64,000 bases of DNA from an uncultured Gemmatimonadales bacterium (GTDB lineage: Bacteria > Gemmatimonadota > Gemmatimonadetes > Longimicrobiales > Longimicrobiaceae). The notes under the pieces were generated by a model that saw only the letters and a list, made by a program, of their open reading frames with translations, searched no databases and was not told the DNA's origin. Each line of letters starts with the position of its first letter. Position 1 is the first letter of the stretch. Position numbers and translations under genes: made by a program. The stretch lies in contig OY970303.1 in NCBI GenBank assembly GCA_963716255.1, positions 4,064,001-4,128,000 on the forward strand, given 5' to 3'. Of the stretch, positions 1-12,200 are shown one piece after another.

Positions 1-1
1 C

Positions 2-3000
2 AGCGGGAGCCCGCAGACGTTCAGCCTTGCGGCGCCGGGTGTGCTGTCCAACGACAACCTCGGCTTCCCGCTGGCGACGATCACGTCCTTCGGGGCGGAC
101 TCGCTGGGCGGGAGCGTGACGACCTACGCGGCGGGGAGCACCGTCTCGCCGCTGCCGGGGACCGGGCGCACCACCGGCTCGCTCTCGGTGGGCGCGAACG
201 GCACCATCACCTTCACGCCGCCGGACGGCTTCACCGGCAACTACGTCTTCAAGTATCGCCTGACCAACGTCCGCGGCTTCTCGGACGGGCAGGTGACCAT
301 CGCGGTGGGCGCGCGGCCGGCGGCGGCGAACGACACCTACGCGCCGGTGCTGCTGGGCAACGTGCCCATCAACACGGCGACGAGCACCCAGTTCCGGGTG
401 ACGAGCAACGACGCGGGCGACGGGAAGATCCTCGCCATCACGGGCCAGAGCAACGGGACGGCGACCCTCAACGCCGACAGCACCTTCGTCTTCCGGCCCA
501 ACCCGGGCTTCGAGGGAACGGCCAGCTTCACCTACACGGTGCGAAACGGCTTCGGGACCACCGCTCCGGCGACGGTCACGATGACGGTGGCGAACCCGGT
601 GTGGTTCGTGGACGCCTCGGCCTCGGCGGGCGGCGACGGGCGCTACGACGCCCGCTTCAACAGCCTGTCGAGCTTCGCGGCGATCAACAACGGAACCGGG
701 AGCAACCCGGCGGCGAACGACCGGGTCTTCCTCTACACTGGCGCCTACACCGGGGCGGTGACGCTCCTGAACGGGCAGCAGTTCGTCGGGCAGGGTGCCA
801 CCGGGAGCTCGTTCAGCTCGGTGCTCGGCGTGACCTGGCCGGCGGACTCCGGCACGGAACCGGGCATCAACGGCACGTCGCCCACGATCACCTCGGCCAC
901 CACGGGGATCACGCTGGGGAGCGGGAACACGCTGCGCGGCTTCAACCTGGGGAACGTGACCGGGACGGCGCTTTCCGGCACCAGCTTCGGCACGGTCGTC
1001 GTGTCCAGCGTGGGGATCAACACCACCGGGCAGGCGCTGAGCCTGACTACGGGCACGCTGAACGGCGGCTTCACGCAACTGCGCTCCACCGGCGGGACCA
1101 ACAACGTCTTCCTCTCGGGGGTGGCGACCACGGGCACCTCCACGCTGGGCGGCGCCGGGGACGTGCTCTCGGGGGCCACGGGCGACGCCTTCGTGGTGGC
1201 GGGCGGGACCGGCTCGTTCACCTACTCGGGCAGCGTCACCCAGGCCAGCAACGCCGCGCTGCTGAACGTGAGCGGCGGCCACTCGGGAACGCTCACCTTC
1301 CAGACCGGGACGCTGAGCGCGACCAACGGGACCGGGCTCCAGTTCAACAACGCGGACGGCTCCTACGCCTTCACCGGCACCGCGACGCTGAACGGGGGCA
1401 ACGCCGGGATCGACGTGACCAACGGTTCGTCGGGGACCTTCTCCTTCCCGAGCACCGCGAGCATCACCAACCCGACGGCCGAGACGGTCAACATCTCGAA
1501 CAGCGCACCCAGCTTCACCTACGCGGGCTCGCTGACCAAGACCGGCAGCGCCAGCACCGGGATCACGCTGAACTCGAACACGGGTGGGACCATCGCCTTC
1601 AGCGGCGCCACCAAGGTGTTCAGCACCCTGTCTGCCAACGCGGTCAACATGCTGAGCAACGCCGCCGGCGTGACGGTCAGCTTCGCCGATTCGCTCCGGA
1701 TCACCACCACCACCGGGGTGGGCTTCAACGCCACCGGCGGCGGAACGGTGACGGTGGCGGGGACGAACAACTCGATCACCGCGGCCGGCGGGGCGGCGCT
1801 CAACGTGGCGAGCACCACCATCGGCGCGGGCGGGCTGAACTTCCGCAGCATCTCCGCCAACGGCGGCGCCAGCGGGATCGTGCTGAACAGCACCGGCTCG
1901 GCGGGGCGCCTCCAGGTCACCGGGTCGGGCACCGCCAGCTCGGGCGGGACGATCCAGAACACCACGAGCCACGGGATCTCGCTGACCAGCACCACCAACC
2001 CCGCCTTCGACCGCATGAACCTCCAGAGCAACGGCGGGAGCGGCGTGTTCGGGACGGGCGTGGTGGGCTTCACGCTGACCAACAGCACCATCGCCACCTC
2101 CGGCTCCGGCGGTGGAGCCAACGCCAGCAACATCGACTTCTTCGCCGACGCCGCGGCGGGGACCGAGAACAACCTGTCGGGCACGGTGGTCATCACCGGC
2201 AACACGCTGTCCGCGCCCGCCTTCCACAGCGTGGACATCCAGAACTGGAGCGGGACGATCAGCGACCTGACGCTCTCGAACAACACGATCACCAACAACT
2301 CGACCCTGGGCGGCGGGATCCGGGTGATCGCCATCGGGGGGGCCGGCAACGTGGCGAAGATCACCAGGGCCACCATCGCCGGCAACCAGATCACGGGCAC
2401 CATGCAGTCGCCCGGGCTCCAGGTGCAGTGCGGCAACGCCGACGCGGGCGGCCCGCTGGGCGAGTGCGGCACCGAGGGGAGCGGCACCAACGTGGTGGCG
2501 ATCACCAACAACCAGGTGCACGGCGCCGGCGCTGCCTCGCGCATGGGCACCGAAGGGCTGCTGGCGCTGCTGAACGGGCGGGGCCAGGCCAACTTCAACG
2601 TCTCCACCAACGACGTGCGGCACACCACCGGGCGGGCGATGGCGGTGACGGTGTTCGGGCAGGGACGGATGACGGCCACGGTCGCCAACAACACCATCGT
2701 GGCGAACAACACCTTCGCCGCGGCGGGGATGGAGATCGGGGCGGACAGCACGGCCAACATGGCGAGCTTCGCCAGCTACCGCGCCACGGTGACCGGGAAC
2801 AACATCAGCCAGACCGACGGGGTGGGGATCTACGCCATCGCGCGCGGCTCCAGCGACTCGCTGCGGGTGAAACTGCAGAACAACACCATCGCCGCGCCGC
2901 TCACCGGCGTGCGCCCGGGACTGCGCGTGGATTCCGGGAGCACGAACAGCAACACCTGGGTGTGCGCCAACATCTCGGGCAACACCACCGCGGGGAGCGG

Positions 3001-3187
3001 CGGCACGCAGGGCATCGGCCTGCGCAAGCAGGGCACGAGCACATCGGTCAACGTCTTCGGGGTGCACGGGATGGCCGCGACCGCCACGCCGGGCGTGGAA
3101 AGCTACGTGTCGGGTCTGAACCCGGCCGGAAACGGCGTGCTGCTGATCTCGGCGACCAGCGGGTTCAGCAACTGCTCCTTCCCCTGA
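2..3187 (+). CDS. Large secreted surface protein, 5'-truncated by window edge: Ig-like (Big_9/tandem-95-type) repeats followed by a long Gly/Thr/Ser/Asn-rich right-handed beta-helix region
   Basis: Frame open from base 2 to TGA 3185-3187; Ig motifs 'TITFTPPDGFTGNYVFKYRL' and 'FVFRPNPGFEGTASFTYTV'; 'VWFVD' start of beta-helix; many 'ITNNTI'-type repeats; GC3-rich codon use. Confidence 0.85.
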   Translation, partial: SGSPQTFSLAAPGVLSNDNLGFPLATITSFGADSLGGSVTTYAAGSTVSPLPGTGRTTGSLSVGANGTITFTPPDGFTGNYVFKYRLTNVRGFSDGQVTIAVGARPAAANDTYAPVLLGNVPINTATSTQFRVTSNDAGDGKILAITGQSNGTATLNADSTFVFRPNPGFEGTASFTYTVRNGFGTTAPATVTMTVANPVWFVDASASAGGDGRYDARFNSLSSFAAINNGTGSNPAANDRVFLYTGAYTGAVTLLNGQQFVGQGATGSSFSSVLGVTWPADSGTEPGINGTSPTITSATTGITLGSGNTLRGFNLGNVTGTALSGTSFGTVVVSSVGINTTGQALSLTTGTLNGGFTQLRSTGGTNNVFLSGVATTGTSTLGGAGDVLSGATGDAFVVAGGTGSFTYSGSVTQASNAALLNVSGGHSGTLTFQTGTLSATNGTGLQFNNADGSYAFTGTATLNGGNAGIDVTNGSSGTFSFPSTASITNPTAETVNISNSAPSFTYAGSLTKTGSASTGITLNSNTGGTIAFSGATKVFSTLSANAVNMLSNAAGVTVSFADSLRITTTTGVGFNATGGGTVTVAGTNNSITAAGGAALNVASTTIGAGGLNFRSISANGGASGIVLNSTGSAGRLQVTGSGTASSGGTIQNTTSHGISLTSTTNPAFDRMNLQSNGGSGVFGTGVVGFTLTNSTIATSGSGGGANASNIDFFADAAAGTENNLSGTVVITGNTLSAPAFHSVDIQNWSGTISDLTLSNNTITNNSTLGGGIRVIAIGGAGNVAKITRATIAGNQITGTMQSPGLQVQCGNADAGGPLGECGTEGSGTNVVAITNNQVHGAGAASRMGTEGLLALLNGRGQANFNVSTNDVRHTTGRAMAVTVFGQGRMTATVANNTIVANNTFAAAGMEIGADSTANMASFASYRATVTGNNISQTDGVGIYAIARGSSDSLRVKLQNNTIAAPLTGVRPGLRVDSGSTNSNTWVCANISGNTTAGSGGTQGIGLRKQGTSTSVNVFGVHGMAATATPGVESYVSGLNPAGNGVLLISATSGFSNCSFP

Positions 3188-3201
3188 TCCAGTCTTTTCT
3201 T

Positions 3202-3268
3202 ACCGGAGGCGGGTTCGCCAACCCGCCTCCGGTCCCCAGAGCGCCCCTCCACACCGGAGGGGCGCTCT
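3202..3268. terminator. Two adjacent perfect GC-rich hairpins after the large gene (terminator, processing or stability element)
   Basis: ACCGGAGGCGGGTT-cgcc-AACCCGCCTCCGGT (3202-3233) and AGAGCGCCCCTCC-acacc-GGAGGGGCGCTCT (3238-3268); no U-tract on + strand. Confidence 0.5.
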
Positions 3269-3323
3269 CGCAGGAACGCAGAACCCCCGGCTGTTCCCTC
3301 ACTCCACACACCAGGAGACCTCG

Positions 3324-3830
3324 ATGGCCGAACCGTTCCTATCCGAGATCCGGATCATGAGCTTCGTCTTTGCGCCCAAAGGCTGGGCGCTCTGCAACGG
3401 ACAGCTCCTCCCGATCAACCAGAACCAGGCTCTCTTCTCTCTCCTTGGAACCACCTTCGGCGGGGACGGGCGCGTCAATTTCGCCCTCCCCGACCTGCGC
3501 GGCCGCACCCCCATCCACGTGGGGAGCGCGCACACCCTGGGCGAGCGCGGGGGCGAGCAGGCCCACACGGTCTCGATCTCGGAGCTGCCCACGCACACGC
3601 ACGTGGCCAACGCCACCACGGCCACCGCGACCACGAACACACCCACCAACGCCCTGATGCTGGCCGCCAGCAGCGGCTCCTCGCTCTACGCCGCCGCCAG
3701 CAACCTGGGCGTCATGGACCCGCGATCCATCAGCAGCGTCGGCGGCAGCCAGGCGCACCTGAACATGCAGCCCTTCCTGACGCTGAGCTTCTGCATCGCT
3801 CTCCAGGGCATCTTTCCCTCCCCCAACTGA
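3324..3830 (+). CDS. Phage tail-collar domain protein (microcystin-dependent protein MdpB-like), paralog 1
   Basis: 'PFLSEIRIMSFVFAPKGWALCNGQLLPINQNQALFSLLGTTFGGDGRVNFALPDLRGR'; C-terminal 'H.NMQPFL...CIALQGIFP'; AGGAG RBS. Confidence 0.93.
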   Translation: MAEPFLSEIRIMSFVFAPKGWALCNGQLLPINQNQALFSLLGTTFGGDGRVNFALPDLRGRTPIHVGSAHTLGERGGEQAHTVSISELPTHTHVANATTATATTNTPTNALMLAASSGSSLYAAASNLGVMDPRSISSVGGSQAHLNMQPFLTLSFCIALQGIFPSPN

Positions 3831-3842
3831 GGCCACACCCAC

Positions 3843-4352
3843 ATGGCGCAACCCTACGTGGGCGAGATCCGCATGTTCGCCGGAAACTTCGCCCCAGCCG
3901 GTTGGATGTTCTGCGAGGGCCAGCTCCTGCCCATCTCCGAGAACGAGACGCTCTTCCAGCTCATCGGCACCACCTACGGCGGCGACGGCGAGAGCACCTT
4001 CGCCCTTCCCGACCTGCGCGGCCGCCTGCCGCTGCACCAGGGCAACGGCTTCATCCTGGCCGAGACCGGCGGGGCCAAGGAGATCACGCTGACCGTGCAG
4101 CAGATCCCTTCCCACACGCACACCATGCTGGGCTCGGGGGCCTTGGCCAGCGGGGCCGGGCCGAACAACTCGCTGCTGGCCAGCAGCACCGGGGCCACGG
4201 TCTTCCCCTACGGCACGGACGCGCCGGTGACGACGCTGCACCCCTCCTCCGTCAGCCCGGTGGGCGGCAGCCAGCCGCACACCAACTTCCAGCCGTACCT
4301 GTGCGTGGACTTCATCATCTCGCTGTTCGGCATCTTCCCCTCCCCCACCTGA
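3843..4352 (+). CDS. Phage tail-collar domain protein (MdpB-like), paralog 2
   Basis: 'YVGEIRMFAGNFAPAGWMFCEGQLLPI...GTTYGGDG.STFALPDLRGR'; ends 'IISLFGIFPSPT'. Confidence 0.93.
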   Translation: MAQPYVGEIRMFAGNFAPAGWMFCEGQLLPISENETLFQLIGTTYGGDGESTFALPDLRGRLPLHQGNGFILAETGGAKEITLTVQQIPSHTHTMLGSGALASGAGPNNSLLASSTGATVFPYGTDAPVTTLHPSSVSPVGGSQPHTNFQPYLCVDFIISLFGIFPSPT

Positions 4353-4364
4353 CGGAGACAGACC

Positions 4365-4883
4365 ATGGCCGATCCGTTCGTTGCCGAGATCCGCATCTTC
4401 CCGTTCAACTTCGCACCCAAGGGGTGGGCGTGGTGCAACGGGCAGCTGCTGCCGATCTCGCAGAACACCGCGCTGTTCTCGCTCCTGGGGACCACCTACG
4501 GGGGAGACGGCAAGAGCACCTTCGCGCTGCCGGACCTGGAGGGCCGGGCGCCGATGCACCCGGGGCAGGGGCCGGGACTGTCGCTGCACGACCTGGGGGA
4601 GACGGGGGGGAGCGAGACGGTGACGCTGCTGGAAAGCGAGATCCCGGCGCACGTGCACGCGATGGGGGTGTCGCAGGCCGACGGGCTGGAGCGCTTTCCC
4701 ACGGGGCAGCTGCTGTCCACGGGAGTGGGGATCGGCGCCTACGCGGCTCCGGGGCCCGTCACCAACCTGGCGTTCGAGGCGCTGCCGCCGGCGGGGGGTG
4801 ACCAGCCGCACAACAACATGATGCCGTACCTCACCTTCTACTTCAACATCGCGCTCCAGGGCGTGTTCCCGCCGCGCGGCTAG
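4365..4883 (+). CDS. Phage tail-collar domain protein (MdpB-like), paralog 3
   Basis: 'FVAEIRIFPFNFAPKGWAWCNGQLLPISQNTALFSLLGTTYGGDG'; ends 'IALQGVFPPRG'; GGAG RBS. Confidence 0.93.
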   Translation: MADPFVAEIRIFPFNFAPKGWAWCNGQLLPISQNTALFSLLGTTYGGDGKSTFALPDLEGRAPMHPGQGPGLSLHDLGETGGSETVTLLESEIPAHVHAMGVSQADGLERFPTGQLLSTGVGIGAYAAPGPVTNLAFEALPPAGGDQPHNNMMPYLTFYFNIALQGVFPPRG

Positions 4884-4960
4884 CGGCGGCGGGTGGACCC
4901 GCGGGGTGCGGCCCTGGGCCGCACCCTTCGGGTCCGTGGATGTAGCGCATCGCGCGGCTC

Positions 4961-5503
4961 ATGGAGTCCGGACCGGCGCTCCCCGGTCACACCGGCGGGC
5001 GCTCACCTGGAAAGGAGGCGGATATCCACGCAGAAGTGTCGCTCCGGCCCATCGGCGACGAGGACCGTGAGCTCCTGTTCCGCGTCTACGCGGGGACGCG
5101 CGAGGAGGAGCTGGCGCCGGTCCCCTGGACGCCGGAGCAGAAGGAGGCGTTCCTGCGCATGCAGTTCGACGCGCAGCACGCGTACTACCAGGAGCACTAT
5201 GCCGGCGCCGACTTCGACGTGGTGCTGGCGGATGGGGAGCCGGTGGGGCGCCTGTACCTGGCGCGCTGGACGAGCGAGCACCGCATCGTGGACATCGCGA
5301 TCCTGCCGGGCCACCGCGGCCGCGGGCTGGGCTCTGAGCTGTTGCGCCGGATCCTGGCGGAGGCGGACGGGGCGGGGAAGCCGGTGACCATCCACGTGGA
5401 GATGCACAACCCGGTGCGGCGGCTCTACGATCGCCTGGGGTTCGTGCCGGTGGAGGAGCGGGGCGTGTACCTGCTCATGGAGCGCCCGGTCGGGGCGGCG
5501 TGA
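4961..5503 (+). CDS. GNAT family N-acetyltransferase; true start uncertain and may lie downstream of the AGGAGG at ~5013
   Basis: 'LRMQFDAQHAYY', 'IVDIAILPGHRGRGLGSELL' (acetyl-CoA motif A), 'NPVRRLYDRLGF'. Confidence 0.85.
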   Translation: MESGPALPGHTGGRSPGKEADIHAEVSLRPIGDEDRELLFRVYAGTREEELAPVPWTPEQKEAFLRMQFDAQHAYYQEHYAGADFDVVLADGEPVGRLYLARWTSEHRIVDIAILPGHRGRGLGSELLRRILAEADGAGKPVTIHVEMHNPVRRLYDRLGFVPVEERGVYLLMERPVGAA

Positions 5504-5581
5504 CCCGCGACGGCCGGGACGCCCCGGCCGTCCGGCGCGGAATGCGCCGGGCGAACGGGGCGCCGGAGCTCCGCGGCGCGC

Positions 5582-5875
5582 TCAGGTGAAGACGGCCTCG
5601 TACTGCATCCCCTGCGCGCCGGGTCCCACAGGGACCAGGAAGAGCGCGAACTCGCCGACGGCGGCGTGCTCCATGTGGTAGATGCGCTGGGGCAGCACGG
5701 GCTGCAGGGGGCCGACGAAGGTGAGCGTGAAGGGCACCCGGTGCCCGTCCGACCCGCTCCCCCAGGTGCGGGCGCTCTGCAGCTGCGTCTCGACGGTGCT
5801 CCCGTCGTCCAGCCGGATCAGGAACACCTCGCCCTCGTGGCCGGCAAAGGTTTCGTGGGTGAACGCTTCGAGCAT
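5582..5875 (-). CDS. DUF6916-like small protein (97 aa)
   Basis: C-terminal part of ORF 5582..6526 from ATG 5875: 'MLEAFTHETF...PFTLTFVGP..PVLPQRIY.MEH..GEFALFLVPVG...YEAVFT'; family recognised from memory as a neighbour of collar/GNAT clusters. Confidence 0.8.
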   Translation of the reverse strand: MLEAFTHETFAGHEGEVFLIRLDDGSTVETQLQSARTWGSGSDGHRVPFTLTFVGPLQPVLPQRIYHMEHAAVGEFALFLVPVGPGAQGMQYEAVFT

Positions 5876-6263
5876 GTCGGTGTCCGGTGCGTGAAGAGAG
5901 GATGGCGGGTCCGGGTGGCCCGCGGCGGGTCCGGACGGGTAAGATGCACGCCCGCGTCTTCCGCGCAACCGGTGCCACGACATCCACCTGTCTGCATGAT
6001 GCGTCTTCACGGTGCGCGGGCCGGCGAGGGAGATGCCGGCTCGTTGAACTTTCCTTGACAACCGGCGGCTTCCGCCCTCATTTTTGGGGCCGATTCCGCC
6101 ACTGAACTCCCGGTCGCCGGCCGCGCTTGCGAGCGCGCGCCGGCATCGCTCGCCCCGGAAACCGTTCCGGCACGGACGCGCTCGAGCGCGTGCTCCGCCC
6201 GGATGCATCCCGGTGCGTCCTACCTTCGCTCGCCAGCCTCTCCTTCCGATCGCTTCCGGAGAC

Positions 6264-9200
6264 ATGATGCGGTTCTTTTCCAGGCTCGCCCTGCTCTGCT
6301 CGGCGCTGCTCCTGAGTCTCGCGCTCGCACCCCGCCCGCTTGCCGCCCAGTCCGGCGCGATCGGGATCCGCGGCGACGTGAACCGTGACGGCAGCGTCAC
6401 GGCCGTCGACGCGCTCGCGATCCTTTCCCACGTGGTCGGCAAGCCGCTCCCCGCCTCGTACACGGTGGATCTGGACGGCGACGCCGACGGCAGCGGCGAG
6501 GTGACCGCGGTGGACGCGCTGGTCATCCTCGGCCACGCGGTGGGCAGGGACGTGGCGCGCTACCCGGTGGGGCAGCGAGTCCTCGCCGTGCGCGTGGGGA
6601 CGGCGGGCGGCCCTGTGGCCTCGCGTCCCGACTCCATCGGCCTCCAGGTGCCGGAAGGGGCGCTTGCCGCGGCGACCGTGGTGACCGTCCGTCCCGCCGC
6701 GGGGCTCGACGGGTCGGCGGGCGTGCTTGCCGGTACCGCGCTGGCGATCGCGACGGAGGGTGGAAGCTTCGCCAGGCCGGTGCGGCTGACGCTGCGCGTG
6801 AACCCGGCTGTTCTCCCGGAGGGCGCCACCCTGGAGGAGCTGCGCATCCACCGCCGCGTGGGCGACGGATGGGAGGAGCTGCCGGGCGGGAGCGTGGACG
6901 TGGCGGCCGGGACCGTGGCCGCGGAGCTGCCCGGCGCGGGGACCTTTGCGGTGCGCGCGGGCGCCCCGCGCGGGCTGCGCCTGGTCAAGGAGGCTGGCGA
7001 CGGGCAGACGGGGATCGTGGGGCGGCCGCCGCTGGACTTCCTGGCGGTGCGGCTTGTGAACGGGGCCGGACGCGGCGTTCCGGGGGTCGAGCTCGCCTGG
7101 GTGGTGAGGGAGGGGGGCGGCTCGGTGCGGCCCCTGGCGGCCCGCACCGACAGCGCCGGCCGGGTGCGCGCGGTGCTGACGCTGGGCGCGGTGCCGGGGA
7201 CCAACCGGGTGCGCGTGTCGGCGGCGGGGGCGGACTCGGTGACCTTCACGGCGCAGGGCGTCGCGGATGCCCCCAGCGCCGTCGCCGTGGTGGCCGGCGC
7301 GGGCCAGACGGCGACGGCCGGGAGCGCGGTGGCGACGCCGCCCTCGGTGCGCGTCACCGACTCGGCGGGGAACCCGGTGGTGGACGCGGCCGTGACCTTC
7401 GCGGTGGCGGCGGGCGGCGGCACGGTGACGGGCGGCGCGACGCGCACGGATGCCGGCGGCGTGGCGACGGTGGGCTCGTGGACGCTGGGAACGACCGCCG
7501 GGCCCAACTCCCTCACCGCCACGGTGCAGGGTGGGCCGGCTGCGACCATCTCGGCCACCGGGATCCCGGGCGCCGCGGCGTCGATCTCGATCGTCTCGGG
7601 CGACGGTGGCACGGCGGTCGTGGCGACCACGCGCGCGCTGCAGGCGAAGGTGGTGGACGCCCACGGGAACGGCGTCCCCGGGACGGCGGTGGCGTGGGCG
7701 GTGGCGACGGGCGGCGGCTCGCTCTCGTCGCCGGGCTCGGTGACGGACGGCTCGGGCGTGGCCACGAACGTCTGGACCTTCGGCGGCACGGTGGGCGCGC
7801 AGAGCGTCACCGCCTCGGCGGCGGGGCTGGCGGGGTCGCCGCTCACCTTCACGGCGACCACCACGCCGGCAGCGGCGTCGCAGCTCACCCTCGCCGCGCA
7901 GCCCTCGTCGACCGCGCGGAGCGGGATCGTCCTGGCGGCGCAGCCGGCGGTGCAGCTCCGCGACGCATTCGGCAACGCGGTCCCGCAGGCGGGCGTCGCC
8001 GTGACGGCGGCCATCGCCACGGGCGGCGGCACGCTGGGCGGCACCGCGACCGTGAGCACGGACGCGAGCGGCGTGGCGGCGTTCACCGACCTGGCGATCT
8101 CCGGCACCGTGGGCCAGCGGACGCTGTCGTTCTCGGCGGCGGGCGTCGCGGCGGCCACCTCCGGCGCGGTGGACGTGGCCGCGGGAACGGCGGCCAGCCT
8201 CGCCGCGAGCGCGGGCGACGGTCAGACGGCGGCGGCGGGGAGCGCGGTGGCGACTGCCCCCGCGGTCCGCGTCGTGGACGCCAGCGGCAACCCGGTGGCG
8301 GGTGTGGGCGTGACCTTCGCCGTCGCGACCGGCGGCGGGAGCGTCACGGGCGCCTCGGCGACCACGGACGCGAGCGGGATCGCGGCGGCCGGGAGCTGGA
8401 CGCTGGGGACGGCGGCGGGCGCCAACACGCTGACCGCGTCGTCCACGGGGCTGACGACGGCGACCTTCACGGCCACGGGCGTGGCGGGCGCCGCGGCCGC
8501 CATCTCCATCCGGTCGGGCGACGGCGGCAGCGCGCAGGTGGGGACCACGCGCGTTCTGGAGGCGCGGGTGGTGGACGCCCACGGCAACCCCGTGCAGGCG
8601 AGCACGGTGGCGTGGGCGGTCGCGACGGGCGGCGGCTCGCTGAGCGCCCCGTCCTCGGCGACCGACGCGGCCGGCGTGGCGTCGGTGACCTGGACTCTGG
8701 GGACCACGGCGGGCCCGCAGAGCGCCACCGCCACCTCGGCGGGGCTCACGGGATCGCCGCTCACCTTCACGGCGAGCGCCACCCCGGCGCCGGCGGCGCG
8801 CCTGGCGGTCGCCACCCAGCCCTCGGCGAGTGCGCGCAGCGGGATCGCCTTCGCGGCGCAGCCGGCGGTGCAGCTGGAGGACGCCTTCGGCAACGCGGTG
8901 CCGCAGAGCGGCGTCGCCGTGACGGCGGCCGTCGCCTCGGGCGGGGGGACGCTGGGCGGGACGGCCACGGTGAGCACGGACGCGGCGGGCCGGGCGACCT
9001 TCGCCGGCCTGTCCATCAGCGGCGCGACCGGGGCCTACACGCTGGGCTTCTCGGCCGCGGGGCTGGCGGGCGCCGCATCCGGCACCATCACCCTGGCCCC
9101 GGGGAACCCGGCGGCGCTGGCGGTCGCCACGCAGCCCTCGGCCACGGCGCTGAGCGGGATCGCCTTCGCGGCGCAGCCCGTGGTGCAGCTCCGCGATGCC

Positions 9201-12200
9201 AGCGGCAACGACGTCGCCCAGGCGGGCGTCGCCGTCACCGCTGCGATCGCATCCGGCGGCGGGACGCTGGGCGGTAGCACGACTGCGACGACGGACGCGG
9301 CGGGCCGTGCGACCTTCGCGGGGCTGTCCATCAGCGGCACGGCGGGGCAGCGGACGCTCGCCTTCGCCAGCGCGGGCCTGGCCGGGGCGGTCTCGGCCGC
9401 CGTCGACCTGGCCGCCGGTGTCCCGGCGAGCCTGTCCATCACCACGCAGCCCTCGGCCACGGCGCAGAGCGGGGTCCCGCTCGGCGCGCAGCCGGTCGTG
9501 CAGCTCCGCGACGCGGACGGCAACGCCGTGGCCCAGGCAGGCGTCTCCGTCACCGTCTCCATCGCCTCGGGCTCCGGGACGCTGGGCGGGACGGCCACGG
9601 TCGCGACCGACGCGGCCGGGCAGGCGTCGTTCGCCGGACTGGCGATCAGCGGGCCGGTGGGATCGTACACGCTGGGCTTCGCCTCGGCGGGGCTGACGGG
9701 GGCCACCTCGGGCACCGTTTCCCTGGCGGCGGGCGCGGCGGCGAGCCTCGCCATCGGCGCGGGCGACGGGCAGACGGCGACGGCCGGGAGCGCCGTCGCG
9801 ACGGCGCCCTCGGTGGTCGTGCGCGACGCCAGCGGCAACCCGGTCGCCGGCGTCGGCGTCACCTTCGCGGTGGCGGCCGGCGGCGGCAGCGTCACGGGCG
9901 CCTCGGTGACCACGGACGCCAGCGGCATCGCGGCGGCCGGCAGCTGGACGCTGGGGACGACGGCCGGCGCCAACACGCTGACCGCCTCGGCCTCCGGGCT
10001 GACGCCGGTCACGTTCACCGCGACGGCGACGGCGGGCGCGGCGACGCAGCTCGCCCTCACCACGCAGCCGTCCTCCACCGCGCTGAGCGGGATCGCCTTC
10101 GGCGCGCAGCCGGTGGTCCAGCTGCGCGACGCGTACGGCAACGCCGTGGCGCAGGCCGGCGTCTCCATCACGGCGGCCATCGCCTCGGGCGGCGGCTCGC
10201 TGGGCGGGACGGCGACGGTCGCGACGAACGCGGGCGGACAGGCGGTCTTCGCCGGGCTGTCGATCAGCGGCACGGTCGGCGACCGCACGCTCTCCTTCTC
10301 GTCTGCCGGACTGAGTGGTGCGACGTCCAGCACGATCAGCGTGACGGCGGGCGCGGCCTCGCAGGTCGCCATCGTCACGCAGCCTTCCTCGACCGTGCAG
10401 AACGGCGCCGCGCTCGGTACGCAGCCGGTCGTGCAGCTCCGCGATGCGGACGGCAACGCCGTGGCGCAGGCGGGCGTGTCCGTGACGGCGGCCATCGCCT
10501 CGGGCGGCGGCACGCTGGGCGGGACCACGACGGTCGCCACCAACGCGGCCGGGCAGGCGGTCTTCACCGGGCTGTCGATCAGCGGCACCCTCGGCGACCG
10601 CACGCTCTCCTTCTCGGCGGCTGGGCTGACCGGCGCCACGTCGGGCACCATCAGCGTCACCGCGGGCGCCGCGGCCAGCCTCGCCGTCAGCACTGGCGAC
10701 GGGCAGTCGGCCGTCGTCGGCAGTGCCGTCTCCACCGCGCCTTCCGTGATCGTGCGCGACGCGAGCGGCAACCCGGTCGCCGGCGTGAGCGTCACCTTCG
10801 CGGCGGCGGCCGGCGGAGGCAGCGTCACGGGCGCCTCGGCCACCACGGACGCCAGCGGCATCGCGGCGGTCGGCAGCTGGACGCTGGGGACCACGGCCGG
10901 CGCCAACACGCTGACCGCCTCGGCCTCCGGGCTGACGCCGGTCACCTTCACGGCCACTTCGACGGCGGGCGCGGCGACGCAGCTCTCCCTCACCACGCAG
11001 CCGTCGGCCACCGCGCAGAGCGGGATCGCCTTCGGCGCGCAGCCGGTGCTCCAGCTGCGCGATGCGTACGGCAACGCCGTGGCGCAGGCGGGCGTTTCCG
11101 TCACGGCGGCCATCGCCTCGGGCGGCGGCTCGCTGGGCGGGACGGCCACGGTCTCGACCAACGCGGCCGGGCAGGCGGTCTTCGCCGGGCTGTCCATCAG
11201 CGGGACGATCGGCGACCGCACGCTGTCGTTCTCGGCGGGCGGGCTGACGGGGGCGACTTCGAGCCCCGTCAGCGTGGCGGCGGGCGCGGCCTCGCAGCTC
11301 GTCATCACCCAGCAGCCTTCCGCGACCGTGCAGAACGGCTCGCCGCTGGGGACTGCGCCGGCGCTCCGGCTGCGCGACGCGAGTGGCAACGACGTGGCGC
11401 AGGCGGGCGTCGCCGTCACGGTGGCCATCGCCTCGGGCGGCCCCGCGCTGAGCGGCACGACCACCGTCGGCACCGATGCCGGCGGGCAGGTGGTGTTCAC
11501 CGGCCTGGTGATCACCGGCACCGTCGGCGACCGCACGCTCTCCTTCTCCGCGGCGGGGCTCGCCGGCGCCACGTCGGGCACCATCACGGTGACGCCGAGC
11601 GCCCCGGCGAGCCTCGCGGTCAGCGCCGGCGACGGCCAGACGGCGACGGCGGGGAGCGCGGTCGCGGTCGCCCCCGCGGTGCTCGTGCGCGACGTGAGCA
11701 ACAACCCCGTCCCGGGCGTGAGCGTCACCTTCGCGGTGGCGACCGGCGGCGGGAGCGTCACTGGCGCGACCGCGACCACCGACGCGAGCGGGATCGCGAC
11801 GGTGGGGAGCTGGACGCTGGGGACCACGGCCGGCGCCAACACGCTGACCGCGTCGGCCTCCGGGCTGACCCCCGCCACCTTCACGGCCACGGGCGTGGCG
11901 GGTCCCGCGGCGTCCATCGCCATCCAGTCCGGCGACGGCGGCACGGCCACGGTGGCGAGCACCCGGACCCTTGAGGCCCGGGTGGCGGACGCCAACGGCA
12001 ACCCGGTGGCGGGCCACGCCGTTTCCTGGGCGGCGGCGACGGGGGGCGGCTCGGTGAGCGCGCCCAGCTCCACCACCGACGCGGCCGGCGTCGCCTCCGT
12101 GACCTGGACGCTGGGGACCGCGGCCGGCGCGCAGACCGCCACTGCCACGTCGGCGGGGCTGGCGGGCTCGCCGCTCACCTTCACGGCGAGCACCACGGCG

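Noticed and set aside
3324..4883. Prophage or tailocin
   Set aside because: Only collar-domain genes; no structural, lysis or integration genes in the window.
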